A DNA stretch of 64,000 nucleotides from an uncultured Myxococcales bacterium (GCA_964511535.1 CAZEFW010000032.1:302-64301); one strand, 5' to 3'. Positions 52,550 to 62,444 are shown, numbered from the stretch's first letter. Notes: a model not told the origin generated them from the sequence alone. Made by a program: numbers and translations.

Positions 52550-54622
52550 CTACTTCACCTTCACGTACTGGCAGATGTTGTCAGCCAGCACATGGTCCCA
52601 TTCGGCGCTCCCCTCGTCGAACAGCTCCACCTGAACCGACTTTCCCTTGAGGTCCGTCACGTCCCAGCGCACATGCCGCAGCTGGTGGTCGTTGCGACCG
52701 CTGACCTCGCGCACCGACGCGCCGTCCAGCAGCAGGCGCACGCCGGCGCGCCCGGGGCCGCCGCCGCCGCCCACCACCAGCTCGAAGCGGTCGCCCACCA
52801 CCTCGAAGGGATCGCTGCGAAGGGTGCCGGTGCGCGCGTCCAATCCCTGGTAGCTGTCGGCGATCCACTTGCCGATGAAGTCCTCCCGCACTCCGGGCGG
52901 CGGGCGCCGCTTGACCGGCCCTCCGCCGAAGGCCTCACCCGTGGGGGTCCAGCCGCTGAAGTCGCCGCTCTCGAAGTCGAGGCAGGCGCCGACCTTGCGG
53001 TGGCTCGCCTTCACCCGGCGGAACACCATGATGTACTTCTCGGAGGCCAGGGCAGGGGCGCCGCGCACGTTGAGCCCCAGGTCGCGCCAGCGCCACACCT
53101 TGCGCACTGCCTCGTACTGGCGCCGGAAGTCGGGGTGCTGGGCCAGGTCGGTCTCTCCCTGCCAGTAGCCCGGGACATACTCGAAGTCCGACGGGTAGAC
53201 CCGGGTGTTGAGCACCACGAAGGTGGGCTTCAGCGACAGCACGTAGTCCGAGTCCCACTTGGTGTGCACCAGCCCGTGCCCCGCCTGTCGCGCGATGTGT
53301 CGGTCGTTGAGCCCGGCCATGTCGATGACCGGCATGCCCGAGTAGTAAGGCAGGGCGCCGGCGTGGTTTACCGCGATCAGATCGCTGGGGCGGCCGTTTT
53401 CCCGCAGCCAGCGGGCCACCTCCTCGCTGACCCGGGGCAGCTCGCCCTCCATGTTGATCAGCATGTCCCGCTTCTCGCCACGGAAGGCGGCCTTCCACTC
53501 GCTCCAGGGGGTGCCCATCAGGTTGTGCACCGCGCCGAGCAGCAGCAGCACCCCGGCGGCGGCCCCCAGGGCTGCGGCGCGACCGCCTCTGGCGACTCGC
53601 TGCAGCCCCACCGCCAGGGCCGCGGCGGCCAGGGGCACGCCGGGCTGGAAGAAGCGCCACTCGCGCATCCAGTCGCCGCCCTCCAGCACGATGATGCCGG
53701 TCATCAGCGCCAGCGCGCCCATGAGCAGCTGCCCGGCGCGTACGGCCAGCGCCCCCAGCAGCAGCGGCGCGCAGGCCAGCACCACGTGCATGGGCCGCTC
53801 GGTGGCCAGGCGCCTCAGGTAGACCCACCCCTCGCTCAGCTGGTTATCCCCCATCTCCTTGGCGTGGTAGGTGTTGGGCAGCAGCTCGCCGAAATATGAG
53901 ACTCGCCACAGGTGGTACAGCAGGGCGCCGCCGGCCCAGATGGCCACCCAGACCCACCGGCGGCGCAGCTGGCGGCGGAGGTCCTCGACGGAGCGAAGCT
54001 TCAGCAGCAGGTAGAGCGCGGGCACCGCGACGAAGGCGGGCCCCTCGGGGCGGATCATGATCAGGCCGAGCAGCGGGATGGCCGAACCCCAGCGGCGACG
54101 GTCAGCGTCAGGCGGATCCGCCTCCTCCCGGGCGAAGAGCAGCAAGGTGAGCAGCAGCAGGGTGCCGTAGGCCGCGGTCTCCAGCCGCATGCTGACCCAC
54201 CATACATAGGGGAAGCTCACGGCCAGGGGGAGCGGCGCCAGCGCGGCCAGAGACCAGCTCACCCTGGCCCCGCGGTCCGCGCCCAGCCTGGACGCGGCCA
54301 CCACCGCCACCATGGCCACGGCGGCAGCCAGCCAGGCCAGCGCGCGCGCCGCCTCGGGGATGGGCGCGCCCAGCGCCCCGAGCACGCCGATGATCAGGAC
54401 CCAGAGGAAGTTGGAGTACCCCTCGACCCGGTAGCCCGGGTTCCACTCCAGCCCGTCTCCCGCGGCGAGCCTCGCGGCGTAGCGGAACGAGATATAGGCG
54501 TCGTCGGAGGCCATGTCCCGGTAGTAGCTCGCCAGGGCGGCGAGCAGCACCAGCGCCGGCAGAGAGGCGAGCAGGATGCCCCAGGGGATCTTTCCGAGGG
54601 TCTGGCGGAGGGTCCGGTCCAT
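52550..54622 (-). CDS. GT-C-fold membrane glycosyltransferase-like protein (DDAYISFRYA family) with a C-terminal lectin/LamG-like soluble domain
   Basis: I chose the internal ATG 54622 of ORF 52550..54805 (MDRTLRQTLGKIPWGILL). SDDAYISFRYAARLAAGDG and FGELLPNTYHAK. The C-terminal 150 aa (CLDFESGDFSGWTPTGEAFGGGP ... VELFDEGSAEWDHVLAD) is beta-sandwich-like. Confidence 0.6.
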   Translation of the reverse strand: MDRTLRQTLGKIPWGILLASLPALVLLAALASYYRDMASDDAYISFRYAARLAAGDGLEWNPGYRVEGYSNFLWVLIIGVLGALGAPIPEAARALAWLAAAVAMVAVVAASRLGADRGARVSWSLAALAPLPLAVSFPYVWWVSMRLETAAYGTLLLLTLLLFAREEADPPDADRRRWGSAIPLLGLIMIRPEGPAFVAVPALYLLLKLRSVEDLRRQLRRRWVWVAIWAGGALLYHLWRVSYFGELLPNTYHAKEMGDNQLSEGWVYLRRLATERPMHVVLACAPLLLGALAVRAGQLLMGALALMTGIIVLEGGDWMREWRFFQPGVPLAAAALAVGLQRVARGGRAAALGAAAGVLLLLGAVHNLMGTPWSEWKAAFRGEKRDMLINMEGELPRVSEEVARWLRENGRPSDLIAVNHAGALPYYSGMPVIDMAGLNDRHIARQAGHGLVHTKWDSDYVLSLKPTFVVLNTRVYPSDFEYVPGYWQGETDLAQHPDFRRQYEAVRKVWRWRDLGLNVRGAPALASEKYIMVFRRVKASHRKVGACLDFESGDFSGWTPTGEAFGGGPVKRRPPPGVREDFIGKWIADSYQGLDARTGTLRSDPFEVVGDRFELVVGGGGGPGRAGVRLLLDGASVREVSGRNDHQLRHVRWDVTDLKGKSVQVELFDEGSAEWDHVLADNICQYVKVK

Positions 54623-54752
54623 GGCCGCGCCCAGTATATTCGATTCCGCGGCGAGCAAACGACTTTGCTTCCAGGGTGAGTTTTTGGTGGGTCCACGGTA
54701 TCCAGAACGGCCACTTTGAAGTATGACTTTCCCAGGGAGGAGTTGAGAGGCA

Positions 54753-56285
54753 TTGACGAGCAAAAAGCGCAAGAAGGCACCGACGCAGGCATTCATCGTC
54801 ACCACCGGGGGGATGCTGCTGCTGGCAGGAGTGGTGCTCTACAACGGGGGGATCAGCCGATCCCAGGACCCCGCGTGTTGCCCTTGCCCGGCGGCCGCCG
54901 GCATCGCCGATGGCACCCTCGCCCGGGCCACAGCTCAGCCGAAGCGGTACAACATGCTCGTGCTGGTCATCGACGCCGTGCGGCAGAAAGACCTCGGCTG
55001 CTACGGCGCCACCGGCGGCATCACGCCCAACATCGATCACTTCGCCACGCGCAGCGTTCAGTTCCAGCGCGCCTACGCCCACGCGCCGTGGACCAAGCCG
55101 TCGGTGGCCTCGCTGTTCACTGGAGCTTACCCGCGACGGCACCGGCTGTGGGAGGAGCGGGGGCGGTTCGCCATCCTGTCCAAGAAGGCCAACACCATGG
55201 CCGAGATCTTCTCGCATCACGGCTACACCACGGTGGGGCTGTCAGCCAACCCCAACGTGGCGCGGCATGTGGGGCTGGCCCAGGGGTTCGATCGTTTCCC
55301 GCACCTGATGGGGTACGACAAGGGCACCACCCCCCGGTTGACCGAGGCGGCAATCGCCGAGCTCGGGCGGCTGGCCGCGGCCAACAACCCGTTCTTCCTC
55401 TACGTGCACTACCTCGACCCGCATGACCCTTACGACCCGGTGGTGCGCACCGAGTACTGCCAGCGCCGGCTGGCGGGCCGCATCATCACCAACCCGCATG
55501 TGCGCGCCGGCAAGGCCCATATCCTCAGCGGCGAGGAGGCTCTGGGCAAGGCGCTGCGCGGCGGCCGCATCCCCACGCCCCTGGCCATGACCGAGGAGGA
55601 GCAGGACTACCTCAAGGGCCTGTACGATTGCGAGATCTCCCTGGTGGACATGGCCGTGGGCAGGGTGCTGGAGAAGCTGAGGAAGAGCGGCCTGGAAGAC
55701 GACACCATCGTCCTGCTCACGGCAGATCACGGCGAAGAGTTCATGGACCACGGGCTGCTGCGCCACGGCTACCAGGTCTACGAGGAGATGGTGAAGGTGC
55801 CCCTGATGGTGCGCATGCCGGGAGGGCTGGATCGGGCGCGCAAGGAGACCCGGGTGGTTCAACAGGTGGACATCCTGCCCTCCCTGCTGGCGCTCAACCG
55901 GCTGCCGCCCCAGACCGGCGGGCTGGACGGGGGCCTGCTGCCCCTGGGCGGGCTGCGCCCCGCGGGCGAGCAGGGCGTGGCCATGGGCTCGACCCGGTTC
56001 CGCCGACGGGACCTGACCTATCTGATCAAGGGCAAGCACAAGCTGCTGCTGGATCGCAAGACCGGCGAGATGCAGCTGTTCGACCTCGAGGCGGATCCCA
56101 ACGAGGTGGCGCCGGACACCTCGGCGTCGCCGCTGCGTGACGCCCTGGCCGCCGAGCTGGCGCGCCGCGCCTCGGCCGCCGAGAAGCGGGCCCTGCCGCC
56201 AGGAAAACGCCGCCCGCGGCGCAAGCAGGACCCGAAGCCCGAGGTGATCCGCAAGCAGCTGGAGAGCCTGGGCTATATCCAGTAG
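54753..56285 (+). CDS. Alkaline-phosphatase-superfamily (sulfatase-like) enzyme with Thr in place of the FGly Cys/Ser
   Basis: LVLVIDAVRQKDLGCYG ... APWTKPSVASLFTG (T-K-P-S-V where sulfatases have C/S-x-P-S-R) ... LTADHGEEF. Single N-terminal TM. TTG start with a GGGAGGAG Shine-Dalgarno. Confidence 0.7.
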   Translation: MTSKKRKKAPTQAFIVTTGGMLLLAGVVLYNGGISRSQDPACCPCPAAAGIADGTLARATAQPKRYNMLVLVIDAVRQKDLGCYGATGGITPNIDHFATRSVQFQRAYAHAPWTKPSVASLFTGAYPRRHRLWEERGRFAILSKKANTMAEIFSHHGYTTVGLSANPNVARHVGLAQGFDRFPHLMGYDKGTTPRLTEAAIAELGRLAAANNPFFLYVHYLDPHDPYDPVVRTEYCQRRLAGRIITNPHVRAGKAHILSGEEALGKALRGGRIPTPLAMTEEEQDYLKGLYDCEISLVDMAVGRVLEKLRKSGLEDDTIVLLTADHGEEFMDHGLLRHGYQVYEEMVKVPLMVRMPGGLDRARKETRVVQQVDILPSLLALNRLPPQTGGLDGGLLPLGGLRPAGEQGVAMGSTRFRRRDLTYLIKGKHKLLLDRKTGEMQLFDLEADPNEVAPDTSASPLRDALAAELARRASAAEKRALPPGKRRPRRKQDPKPEVIRKQLESLGYIQ

Positions 56286-56306
56286 TAGCGACCGCTACGC
56301 GGCCGC

Positions 56307-56347
56307 GGCTTCAGGCTTCGGGCTTCAGGCTTCAGGTTTCAGGTCAC
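56307..56347. repeat. 7-bp microsatellite (GGCTTCA x about 6)
   Basis: ggcttcaggcttcgggcttcaggcttcaggtttcaggtcac. Confidence 0.85.
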
Positions 56348-56388
56348 AGTGGACTTGTGACCGGCAGCAATTATCATACACACCGCAC

Positions 56389-57567
56389 ATGCCGCGCTTG
56401 CTGCTCATCCTCCTGCTCCTCATCACCGCGCTGTCCGGTTGCAAGAAACGTTCGGGCCAGCCGAAGCTGCAGCCCCCGCCTGGCGCGGGGGACGGCAAGC
56501 TGGTGGCAGCCCGCGCGCCGTCGGACGCGGCGTTCTCCTTTGTGGTGCTGGGCGACACTCAGTTCCACAATAACGACTGCCACGCCGGGCCCTCCGAGCT
56601 AAACGCGCTGCCCGGGGCGGTGCTGTCGCTGGCGCCGGACTTCATGCTGCACGTGGGCGATCTGATGCACGAGGCCCGGGACCCGAGCACCTACCATGTG
56701 TTCACCAGCTGCCTCGGGGCCATGCTCGACCGGGTACCCATGTTCCCCGCCGTGGGCAACCACGACATGGACTACGACCTCGGCATCGTCAACTTCCGCG
56801 AGTACCTGCAGCACCAGCTGTTCCTGCGCAACGCCGTGCTGGTGGGCGGCCGCTACAACGCCCGGTTCCCCATCACCTACGGCGACGACGCCACGGAGTA
56901 TTCCACCGACAAGAAGAAGCCCCGGGACATGAACCTGGTGCCGAGCGGCTTCTCGCACAAGCTGTACTATGCCTTCCGCCACCAGAACGCCTACTTCGTC
57001 ATCTTCGAGGTGGGCACGCGCTGGGAGGTGTGTACGCCCATGGCGTGGATCCGCAAGCACTTCGAGATGGCCCGCGCCGACAGCAGCATCCAGCACCTGT
57101 TCGTGGTGATGCACAAGCCGGCCTACTCCACCTACATGGATGAGGGGGGCGGCGGCGACTCGCTGCTGTCGGTGCGCGCGCCTTACGAGCACCTGTTCCG
57201 ACGCTTCGACGTGACCGCCGTGTTCACCGGGCACTCTCATGTCTACGAGCGGTTCTACGTCCCGGATGACGGCAAGCCGACCCGGGCCGAGGGGACCCCG
57301 CGGCGCTGCTTCGACCAGGACGGCAAGGGGGTGCACCACGTGACGGTGGGACCCTGCGGTTCGGCGTTCATCCCGGGCGACTACTGCCGCAAGACGCCCC
57401 CGCCGCGGGAGGAGCCGAGCCTCAATTATCTGCAGGGCAGGGGGTGCGGGCACAACATGGCTCAGGTCATCGTCCGGGGCGGGCAAGCGCATGTGCGCAT
57501 CGTCGGCTACGAGGGCAAGCCGGGCGCGTTCACCACCTCGTTGTGGGACCAGTTCACCATCCGCTGA
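56389..57567 (+). CDS. Calcineurin-like metallophosphoesterase lipoprotein
   Basis: Lipobox ITALSGC. Motifs VVLGDTQF, GDLMHE, GNHD, GHSHVYERF. Confidence 0.8.
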   Translation: MPRLLLILLLLITALSGCKKRSGQPKLQPPPGAGDGKLVAARAPSDAAFSFVVLGDTQFHNNDCHAGPSELNALPGAVLSLAPDFMLHVGDLMHEARDPSTYHVFTSCLGAMLDRVPMFPAVGNHDMDYDLGIVNFREYLQHQLFLRNAVLVGGRYNARFPITYGDDATEYSTDKKKPRDMNLVPSGFSHKLYYAFRHQNAYFVIFEVGTRWEVCTPMAWIRKHFEMARADSSIQHLFVVMHKPAYSTYMDEGGGGDSLLSVRAPYEHLFRRFDVTAVFTGHSHVYERFYVPDDGKPTRAEGTPRRCFDQDGKGVHHVTVGPCGSAFIPGDYCRKTPPPREEPSLNYLQGRGCGHNMAQVIVRGGQAHVRIVGYEGKPGAFTTSLWDQFTIR

Positions 57568-57619
57568 GCGGCCTCGCTCCGGTGTTATAGTTGTCCCTCG
57601 ATAATCCACGGATGGATGG

Positions 57620-58435
57620 TTGAGCCTGATGACTCCCTCGAAGATTCTCACGGGCGGCCTGGCGCTCCTGCTGCTGGCGCTGGCGCTGGCCCCCGCCCCG
57701 GCGGCGGCGAAATCCAGGATCCCGGCGGCGGACCGGGCAGCGGCCAAGGCCCACTTCAAGGCCGCGCGTGAGCTGTACCGGACCTCGCTGTACGAGGAGG
57801 CCCTGGCGCGATTCAACAAGGCGCACCAGCTGGACCCGCAGCCGGAGTTCCTGTTCAACATCGCCCGCTGCAACGAGGTGCTGGCGCGGCTGGAGCTGGC
57901 GATCAAGCACTACGAGCACTACCTGGCGGCCATGCCCCGGGCGAAGAACAGGGCGCTGGTGGAGACCCGGCTGGCGAGCCTGAAGGCGCGGCTGGCCAAA
58001 CAGAAACAGCCGAAGGCGCCGCCGGAGCCGAAGAAGGCGGCGCCGGTGGAGGCCGCCCCGGCGACCCGGCCGGAGGTGTCGGCGCCGTCCGACTGGCGCT
58101 GGCCGGCGGGCTGGGCCGCGGTGGGCGTGGGGGGCGCGCTGGTGATCACCGGGGTGGTGCTCGGCGTGATGGCCAGCGGCAAGACCGACGAGTACAACCA
58201 GGCCGCGGCGGACAAGAAGCACTACTCCGAGCTGCAGGACATCGAGAGCTCGGGCAAGGCGCTGGAGGCCGCGCAGATCGCCACCCTGGTGGTGGGGGGC
58301 GTGGCCGCGGCTGCCGGAGCGGGCCTGCTCACCTGGAGCTTGCTCGGCGGGAGTGATGATGAGCGCGCGGCGCTGAAGCTGGCACCCTACGCCTCCGGCC
58401 TCGGGGGCGGCGTGGTGCTGGGAGGGCGGTTCTGA
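57620..58435 (+). CDS. TPR-like secreted protein with C-terminal TM segments
   Basis: Signal peptide. TPR-like YEEALARFNKAHQLDPQPEFLFNIARCNEVL. Two hydrophobic segments. The start is TTG 57620 or ATG 57629. Confidence 0.6.
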   Translation: MSLMTPSKILTGGLALLLLALALAPAPAAAKSRIPAADRAAAKAHFKAARELYRTSLYEEALARFNKAHQLDPQPEFLFNIARCNEVLARLELAIKHYEHYLAAMPRAKNRALVETRLASLKARLAKQKQPKAPPEPKKAAPVEAAPATRPEVSAPSDWRWPAGWAAVGVGGALVITGVVLGVMASGKTDEYNQAAADKKHYSELQDIESSGKALEAAQIATLVVGGVAAAAGAGLLTWSLLGGSDDERAALKLAPYASGLGGGVVLGGRF

Positions 58436-59898
58436 TGGCTCACTCGAGGACTCTACTGCTGGCGCTCCTGCTGTTGCCGGCCGGCTGCTTCAACCCGGAC
58501 ACCCCGGCCACTTATTACTGCGCCCACCAGGGCGATGTCTGTCCAGATGGTATGGAGTGCGACGGCAACAAGTGCGTGGACAAGGGCAAGGCCACCGACG
58601 CCCGCGCGGACAAACCGAAGGGGAACAAGGACAGCGGCACAGACGGCAAGAAGCCGCCGAAGCAGGACAAGGGGACGACCCCGAAGCAGGACAAGGGCGT
58701 AACCCCGAAGCCGGACAAGGGCACCCCGCCCAAGCAGGACAAGGGCACTGGACCGACGCCGGACAAGGGCACCCCGCCCAAGCCGGACAAGGGCGCGCCC
58801 CAGCCGGACAAGGGCGTGGTCAAGTGCTCGGCGACCCAGTGCAAGATCGGCGGCAATTGCTACGACGATGGCAAGTCGCTCAAGGGCAACACCTGCCGCA
58901 CCTGCTTCGCAAAGATCAACAAGACCGGCTGGATGCCCACCTGCGCCAAGACACTGGCCGGCACCGGCAGCAAGGGGTTCCAGGACGGCGCCGGCAGCTC
59001 CGCCGAGTTCAACCAGCCCTTCGACATCGCGGTAATGGGCCAGGGCTCCAACGCCAAGGTGTACATCGCGGACGATGCCAACCACCGCATCCGGCTCATC
59101 GAGGTCCTGACCGGCAAGGTGAGCACCGCCGCAGGCAGCAACTCCTCGGGGCACGCCAACGGCCCCGCGGCCACGGCCAGGTTCAAGAACCCCCAGGGCA
59201 TCGCCCTGGCCAGCTCGGGCGAGCTCTATATCGCGGACTACTACAACCAGAAGATCCGGAAGCTGCACAACGGCCAGGTGAGCGACTTCGCCAGCCTCGG
59301 CAAGAAACCCGTGGGGCTCACCCTGCGCCCGGGAGGCACCCCGGAGCTGTTCTTCACGACGGGCAATGACAACCGGATCTACCGGGTGACCGGCAGCGGC
59401 GCGGCGACGCATTACGCCGGCACCGGCGACCCGTTCTACCTCGACGGCGCGCTGCTCTCAGCCAAGTTCAACAACCCCCACGGCATCGTGGCCGTGGGCA
59501 GCGTGGATCTGTACGTCAGCGACACGAACAACTACCGCATCCGGCGGCTCGGCAAGACCCAGGTCACCACCCTGCTCGGCCTCGGGACCTCCAAGTTCAT
59601 CGACGGCCCTGCGGTCTCCGCAGGCATCGGCTGGTCCTACGCGGTGGGGTCGGACAAGGCCGGCCGGCTGTACATCTCGGACTACTCCAACTGCGCCATC
59701 CGCGTGTACCACAACGGGCACCTGGCGACGCTCATCGGCAAGGGGCCGCCCCAGCCGCTGCCCTCCGGATGCGGCGACAAGGACGGCGACCGCAGCGTGG
59801 CCATGTTCCACCAGCCGTACGGGGTGGCAGTGGATCCCACCGGCGTGGTTTACCTGGTCGACCGTGGGAACCAGAAGATCAAGCAGATCCACTTCTGA
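58435..59898 (+). CDS. NHL-repeat beta-propeller lipoprotein with a PKQDKGTx repeat linker
   Basis: Lipobox LLPAGC. Five NHL-like units (FNQPFDIAV..YIADDANHRIRLI, FKNPQGIAL..YIADYYNQKIRKL, FNNPHGIVA..YVSDTNNYRIRRL, and others). TGATG overlap with the upstream gene. Confidence 0.8.
   Translation: MAHSRTLLLALLLLPAGCFNPDTPATYYCAHQGDVCPDGMECDGNKCVDKGKATDARADKPKGNKDSGTDGKKPPKQDKGTTPKQDKGVTPKPDKGTPPKQDKGTGPTPDKGTPPKPDKGAPQPDKGVVKCSATQCKIGGNCYDDGKSLKGNTCRTCFAKINKTGWMPTCAKTLAGTGSKGFQDGAGSSAEFNQPFDIAVMGQGSNAKVYIADDANHRIRLIEVLTGKVSTAAGSNSSGHANGPAATARFKNPQGIALASSGELYIADYYNQKIRKLHNGQVSDFASLGKKPVGLTLRPGGTPELFFTTGNDNRIYRVTGSGAATHYAGTGDPFYLDGALLSAKFNNPHGIVAVGSVDLYVSDTNNYRIRRLGKTQVTTLLGLGTSKFIDGPAVSAGIGWSYAVGSDKAGRLYISDYSNCAIRVYHNGHLATLIGKGPPQPLPSGCGDKDGDRSVAMFHQPYGVAVDPTGVVYLVDRGNQKIKQIHF
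58657..58818. repeat. In-frame 24-bp tandem repeat (about 7 copies) encoding P-K-Q/P-D-K-G-x-x
   Basis: ccgaagcaggacaaggg... units read directly. Confidence 0.9.
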
Positions 59899-59929
59899 TT
59901 CCGGGCGCCCATTGAGCCTGGAACCAGAG

Positions 59930-61603
59930 ATGAGCCGCCGCGCAATCGCCCTGTGGGCGCTGGCGCTCGTGGCGGCCTACGTCGCCCCTCGGGTGGTGGC
60001 CTACCGCGGCCTTGAGCAGAGCCCGCGCATCGAGTTCCTCGACATGAACCGGCACCAGGTGAACGTCGACCTGATCGAGAAGGCGGGGCGCCTGGGGCCG
60101 GGGAGCTTCGACCACCCACACCTGGATCATCACCGCACCCTGCCGTTGCCGGTGCATCCGATGAAGTGGCCCCACGGCGTGTACCACCTGGCCGGGCTCT
60201 GGTCCGGCGCCCTGGGGCCGATGTCCATCTGGACCACCCAGCTGACCAATGGCCTGTTCGCGGCGCTGCTGGTGTTGGCCCTCGCCGGCCTGGGACGGCA
60301 CGCGCTGGGCAGCACGAGGCTCGGGCTGTGGGCGGCATTGCTGGTCTTGCTCAGCCCGTGGCACTTCGCCGCCGGCTGGTACCTGAGCCTGGACCTGCCC
60401 CTGGCCTCCATGGTGGCCATGGGGCTGCTGCTGCTGCTGGGCAGCGACCGATTTCGGCGCCCCGGGTACACCGCCGCCTTCGGGCTCTGGTCCGGGCTGG
60501 CCGTGGCGGTGAAGTTGACCTACGGCCTGTACCTGCTCGGGCCGTCGGTGGTGGCCCTGGTCCTCGGACTGCGCCCCGGGGGATGGCGCGCCCGCGCGCG
60601 GGTGGCCGGGCAGGCGGCGCTGGCGGCCCTGGTGGCCCTGGGGCTGGGCGCCTACCTGGTGGGGGTGGATCTGGCGGAGGTGTGGACCGAGGCGTCGGCG
60701 CACTTCGGCACCGGCGATCCCAATGAGCACTTCGAGATGCACGTGATCCAGCCCTGGACCTTGCGCTGGGTCATGGCGCTGCCGCTGTTCGCGGCCAACA
60801 ACTTCCCCTGGCCGCTGCTGTTGCTGTTGCTGCCGGGCCTCGGCCTGGCGCACCACCCGCGGCGGGCGCTGCCCGGGCGCTGGCTGCTGCTGTCGTTTTT
60901 GTGGGGCGCCTACCTGGTGCTCACCCTCATGGGCCACAAGCTTGAGCGCTACCTGCTGCCGGTCTATCCAGCGCTCTGCCTGGTGGGAGTGTGGGGTTTG
61001 GCCCGGATCGGCTCCGGCAGGGCGGCCCGCTTCGCCCTGCCCGCGGTGGGCGCCGCCTTCGCGGCCGCGCTGCTGGCCGCGCACTTCTACCCGACCCCCT
61101 GGTTCGTGGACGAGCGAAGCCGCGGGCCCGAGGACTACATGTACGAGCTGCGCCTGCCCGGGGTGAGCACGCTCGCCGGGCTGCGGCGCTACAAGCACCA
61201 CCACCAGTGCGACCTGCGCCAGCTGATGAAGCAGGCCGAGGCCCTGGAGCGGTCAGACCCCTCGAACCAGCCGCTGATGGTTGCCATGGTCTGGGCCGAT
61301 GACGCGCCCGGCGCGGACCTGGTGCGGGTGCGCAACCTGTTCTGGTACTTGCGCACCCACATGGCCCACGCCGCCCGGGACCGGCTGGTGATGGAGCCCA
61401 CGGAGCGGCCCTTCGACCCCCTGCGCGAGGCGGTGCTGCACGCGCCGCTGATCCTGGTGCTGCACCCGCCGGAGGTGGACCCGGAGCAGCTCTACCCGGG
61501 GACGCTGGAGCTGAGGCAGCGGCGCCAGGCCCGCCTGACCTGCCAGGGGGAGCCGCCGGCCACGGCGGCCCTGTCGCTGTACAAATCTACGTTTCGTCGC
61601 TGA
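59930..61603 (+). CDS. ArnT/PMT_2-like GT-C membrane glycosyltransferase
   Basis: I chose the internal ATG 59930 (MSRRAIALWALALVAAYV). About 12 TM segments. WYLSLDLPL loop. Confidence 0.55.
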   Translation: MSRRAIALWALALVAAYVAPRVVAYRGLEQSPRIEFLDMNRHQVNVDLIEKAGRLGPGSFDHPHLDHHRTLPLPVHPMKWPHGVYHLAGLWSGALGPMSIWTTQLTNGLFAALLVLALAGLGRHALGSTRLGLWAALLVLLSPWHFAAGWYLSLDLPLASMVAMGLLLLLGSDRFRRPGYTAAFGLWSGLAVAVKLTYGLYLLGPSVVALVLGLRPGGWRARARVAGQAALAALVALGLGAYLVGVDLAEVWTEASAHFGTGDPNEHFEMHVIQPWTLRWVMALPLFAANNFPWPLLLLLLPGLGLAHHPRRALPGRWLLLSFLWGAYLVLTLMGHKLERYLLPVYPALCLVGVWGLARIGSGRAARFALPAVGAAFAAALLAAHFYPTPWFVDERSRGPEDYMYELRLPGVSTLAGLRRYKHHHQCDLRQLMKQAEALERSDPSNQPLMVAMVWADDAPGADLVRVRNLFWYLRTHMAHAARDRLVMEPTERPFDPLREAVLHAPLILVLHPPEVDPEQLYPGTLELRQRRQARLTCQGEPPATAALSLYKSTFRR

Positions 61604-62444
61604 GTAGCCCGGCGGCGCAGCCGGCCATGGACGCGGCGTGGCACGGCAAGCACAGGGCGGCCAGGGCCGGGTCCCGGTGGCGCCGCAGCGAGCTGCCGAG
61701 GGTCACCGGCCCCCAGCGGGCCGCGTTGCGCACCACCGCCGCGGGCGACTCGCCGTGCCGCCGCAGGGCGCGCACCTGATCCCGGCTGTGGCGATAGATC
61801 ATGCGCAGCAGGCTGGAGACGCTGTCCCGACGCAGGTGCATCACCTGGGCCGCGGGCTCGTAGGCCAGCCGGTGGCCGGCCCGCCGCAGGCGAACGCTCA
61901 GGTCCACGTCCTCGCCGTTGGTGCGGTAGCCCTCGTCGAAGCCGCCGCACGCCAGCGCCGCCTCCCGCCGCAGGCAACAGCAGGCGCCCACCAAAAAGGG
62001 CGCGTCGGCCAGGGCCTCGGCGCCCTGGGTCTGGCGCCAGAAATGCCCACGCCACCGGTCGGGCAGGGCGCCGGCCGCGTCGCCGGCTGCGGGCTCCAGC
62101 ACCTGCCCCCCCACCCCCGCCAGCCGCGGGTCCTCGAACCCGCGGGTGATGCGACGCGCCAGGTCCGGCCGCGGCACCGCGTCGGCGTCCAGGAAGAGCA
62201 CCAGCTCTGCCCGCGCCCGGGCCAGGGCCGTGTTGCGCGCGGCGGCCAGCCCGCGGTTTTGCGGGTGGCTCAGCACCTGGAAGCCGCACTCCCTGGCCAG
62301 GTCCGTGCTGCCGTCGGTGGAGCCGTCGTCCACAAACAGCAGCTCGTCGGGCCGCGGGCGCAGGGCGGACGCCGCCTGGAGCACCTGGCGCAGCTGCGGT
62401 CCGCCGTTGTAGCAGGGTATGGCGAGGGTGAGCGTGGGCATCAT
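61587..62444 (-). CDS. Family 2 glycosyltransferase
   Basis: LAIPCYNGG ... LLFVDDGSTDGS ... NRGLAAARN ... FLDADAVP (DxD). Confidence 0.85.
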   Translation of the reverse strand: MMPTLTLAIPCYNGGPQLRQVLQAASALRPRPDELLFVDDGSTDGSTDLARECGFQVLSHPQNRGLAAARNTALARARAELVLFLDADAVPRPDLARRITRGFEDPRLAGVGGQVLEPAAGDAAGALPDRWRGHFWRQTQGAEALADAPFLVGACCCLRREAALACGGFDEGYRTNGEDVDLSVRLRRAGHRLAYEPAAQVMHLRRDSVSSLLRMIYRHSRDQVRALRRHGESPAAVVRNAARWGPVTLGSSLRRHRDPALAALCLPCHAASMAGCAAGLLSDET

